DNA of 64,000 bases from Ginglymostoma cirratum (lineage: Eukaryota), in NCBI GenBank assembly GCA_024137785.1, contig JAHRHZ010000062.1, positions 36,074,808 through 36,138,807 on the forward strand, read 5' to 3'. The notes beneath the pieces are model-generated. The model saw only the letters and a list, made by a program, of their open reading frames with translations, was not told where the DNA came from and made no database searches. Position 1 is the first letter of the stretch. Each line of letters opens with the position of its first letter. Positions 61,537 through 64,000 of this stretch are shown here, one piece after another. The position numbers were made by a program, and so were the translations under genes.

Positions 61537-61675
61537 TCAATAAAAACCAAAAGAACTGCAGATGCTGTAAATCAGGAACAAAAACAAAGTTTCTGGAAAA
61601 GCTCAGCAGGTCTGGCAGCCTCTGTGAAGGAAAAAACAGAGTTAATGTTTTGGGTCCAGTGACCCTTCCTCAGAA
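61537..61675 (-). mobile_element. Short Penelope-tail insertion (second subfamily), 10-bp TSD
   Basis: ttCTGAGGAagggtcactggacccAAAAcattaactct...; TSD gttaatatgc at 61527-61536 and 61676-61685. Confidence 0.85.
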
Positions 61676-62261
61676 GTTAATATGCCTTCCCAATACATTC
61701 TTGCTTACGGGGGACATTCCCAGGTTGTGCTAGGAACTTGGGTATCCCGGTTGTTCCATGGAGGCAAGCATCTAATAAGTTCAAAAAAGATCCAACTTTT
61801 GGGCTGTTATGAGCCAGTACCTACATTTTGTTGACATCTCAGAGGCTTCCTGCTGGGTGTGAATGTTGCCAGCTCATGCAAGGAAGCCTGCCAGTGCCAG
61901 GCCAGGGGAGCCACATACCTGAATGTTCTATATCAGGATGTCGCAGCCAGCAGTTGTGATGGCAGTGCTATCAGTGAATAGGCCTGTAGGGGAATCTTTC
62001 TTTCAGCATGACTTTCATGCTGGCTTGGTGCCTTTTAATTTATAATTTCAATGAAGACAGCATAGGGTGCCTCCATGCTATGGCATTTCCCAGCTTCCTG
62101 GGTTGTGCCCATCTCTGGAGATACTGTCTTGACATTGCACCCGGGTCTCTGATTGGGCATAGAACACCAGGTACCCATCTGTCATTTTAATAAGATGGCT
62201 TGAGGCCCCACAAAGGTCTGGTGATAGGCATACCAAAGCCTACTGGAAGTTGTAAACCCTT

Positions 62262-64000
62262 TGGGCAGAATCTTGTAAGGGTCTGAGTGACATGAGCTAC
62301 AGTGAGGTTTGACTAGAGCATGGCAGGTTTCTCACTAGGCAGTGACAGGTTGCCAATTAAGGGGGATTTATTGCCCCACCAACCTCAGTAGTATTCAGCT
62401 TCCTAAAACTTGGAATAAGAGTGGGTACCTGGTGAGTTAGCTCACTGCTTGTTCCAAAGGACCACTTTGTGAACGTGCTGTATTGGCTCTTTACAAAAGA
62501 GAGTGCATAATGTGTTGTAACCCCTTCTCATCCCAGACCTATAGCAATTCTTCAATTTCTCATTGTATTCAGTACAGACCACTGTTAAACTGACATGACA
62601 GATTACAAAGCGATGGTCTCCGACTCCCACAGCAACTTTGGAAACCACACGATTAATGGGCAGCATTGACCACTTTTTACATCACTGCTGCAAACCTCGG
62701 CATCATTGAGATGCCCAAGCTCAAATTACAAGTACCAACAGCATGGTGCAATTTACCTTTGATCTGCATCTGACCCCTAAGCACATTCTGCCTGCATACC
62801 TAGCAAATGGGCAATGAAATGATTGTAAATTAATCCCTGGGGTATGAGATACCTGCTTCATGTTTTTTGCCCCTTCAATGTCTTAGCATCCAGCCAACAT
62901 GCATCCTGCAAACACAGCAATTAGGAGTCTGGCCAGTCATGTCTCAGGGCTGCTCAAAGTCAGCCAGAAGTCTAAGGTGAATACAGTCCTGAGAGTCTGT
63001 CCATCCATTGTTCAAGAGAGTGCAATGGATAGCAGGGGATCACTATAAAAATTAGTGGGGGGAGTGAAGATTGGGATGGGGGTGAATGCAGAGGCATTTG
63101 TACAGATGGGAACAAGGTCAGTGATGGGGGTTGTAATCTGAATGCGTATAGGGGTCATCAAACTGACACTGACTTTGTCCATCCTGGGCACTGTCCCAAT
63201 CATTTCCTTGTAGTACTTTTAATTGAGATTAAGGGAAGTGAGAGCAATGAATGCAGCTTGAGGTGGACAATGACATCATGGGTTATGCCTGGTCATCAGG
63301 AACTACCCCCTATTCGTCCCCCTGGAACCTCTATGTCCCTTCTAACCTTGGCGTATCCCAACAGCCCATTTCTACCCATCTCCTTCCCACCACTTTGAGA
63401 CCGACCACTTAGAAATTCATCTACAACTGTCCTCCCTATCCCCTAAACCTGACATTACATCTCAATGATGTCCAGCCCGCTCCTCTATGCTTGCTGTGTA
63501 AAACCGTGGTGGTGGTTACTGCCATTAGTCTCCTCCTCCATAGCCTACCATGCCCTATGACGCAGTTCCACATAACCCCATACACATTCAGATTACAACC
63601 CCCATCAGTGACCTTGTTCCCATCTGTACAAATGCCTCTGCATTCACCCCCATCCCAATCTTGACTCCCCCCACTAATTTTAATAGTGATCCCCTGCTGC
63701 CCGTTGCACTATCTTGAACAGTGGATGGACAGACTCTCAGAACTGTATTCACTTTAGACTTCTGGCTGACTTTGAGCAGCCCTGAGACATGACTGACCAG
63801 ACTTCTAATTGCTGTGTTTGCAGCTCATGCCACTTTTGCTAGTGGAGTGGAGAAGGTCATTGCCCTCCTTCCTACATACTCGATATTCCACTGGATGGCT
63901 GAGACTGCACAGGCCTGGGTTGCAACCTCAAACTAGGCTGGCATGATTTGGTGTCATTGCCTCCACTGCTGGTCCTGGTGAGGAGGATGTCCCATGTCTG
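62262..64000 (-). mobile_element. PIF/Harbinger remnant with a decayed Myb/SANT-like ORF
   Basis: 63835-64000 minus: ...PA*FEVATQACAVSAIQ...CRKEGNDLL; ~62520-62790 is the reverse complement of ~50625-50880 in the other Harbinger; TIR-like gggcagaatctt at ~62263. Confidence 0.6.
62906..63823. repeat. Inverted repeat with ~253-bp arms (62906-63158 and 63572-63823) and a ~413-bp spacer
   Basis: Arms are reverse complements along their full length with scattered substitutions. Confidence 0.93.

Overview
Vertebrate genomic DNA, almost certainly from a shark or other elasmobranch (HE1/V-SINEs and HER1-type CR1 LINE tails). The whole window lies inside one minus-strand gene, ABCC8 (SUR1, the regulatory subunit of the K-ATP channel). 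I located 19 consecutive coding exons, equivalent to human exons 11-29, between 59317 and 3234. All have GT-AG ends and an unbroken frame, and together they encode the end of TMD1, NBD1 (Walker A, signature, Walker B) and the start of TMD2. The introns are full of repeats: CR1 and L2-like LINEs, several SINE families, Harbinger, hAT and Tigger-like DNA elements, and probable LTRs. There is also a Penelope-like retroelement with several short insertions derived from its tail, each starting at a minimal hammerhead-ribozyme motif and flanked by a target-site duplication (TSD). Most notable: (i) exon 17 seems to have lost its ancestral acceptor (CAG>CGG) and may use an AG 12 nt downstream; (ii) a strong candidate recursive splice site with a 23-nt poison exon in intron 16; (iii) the hammerhead-bounded mini-insertions, one of them a ~180-bp foldback; (iv) a 250-bp inverted duplication inside a Harbinger remnant. 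I cannot demonstrate a wholly new biological system from the sequence alone. Human comparisons and repeat family names are from recall, not a search.
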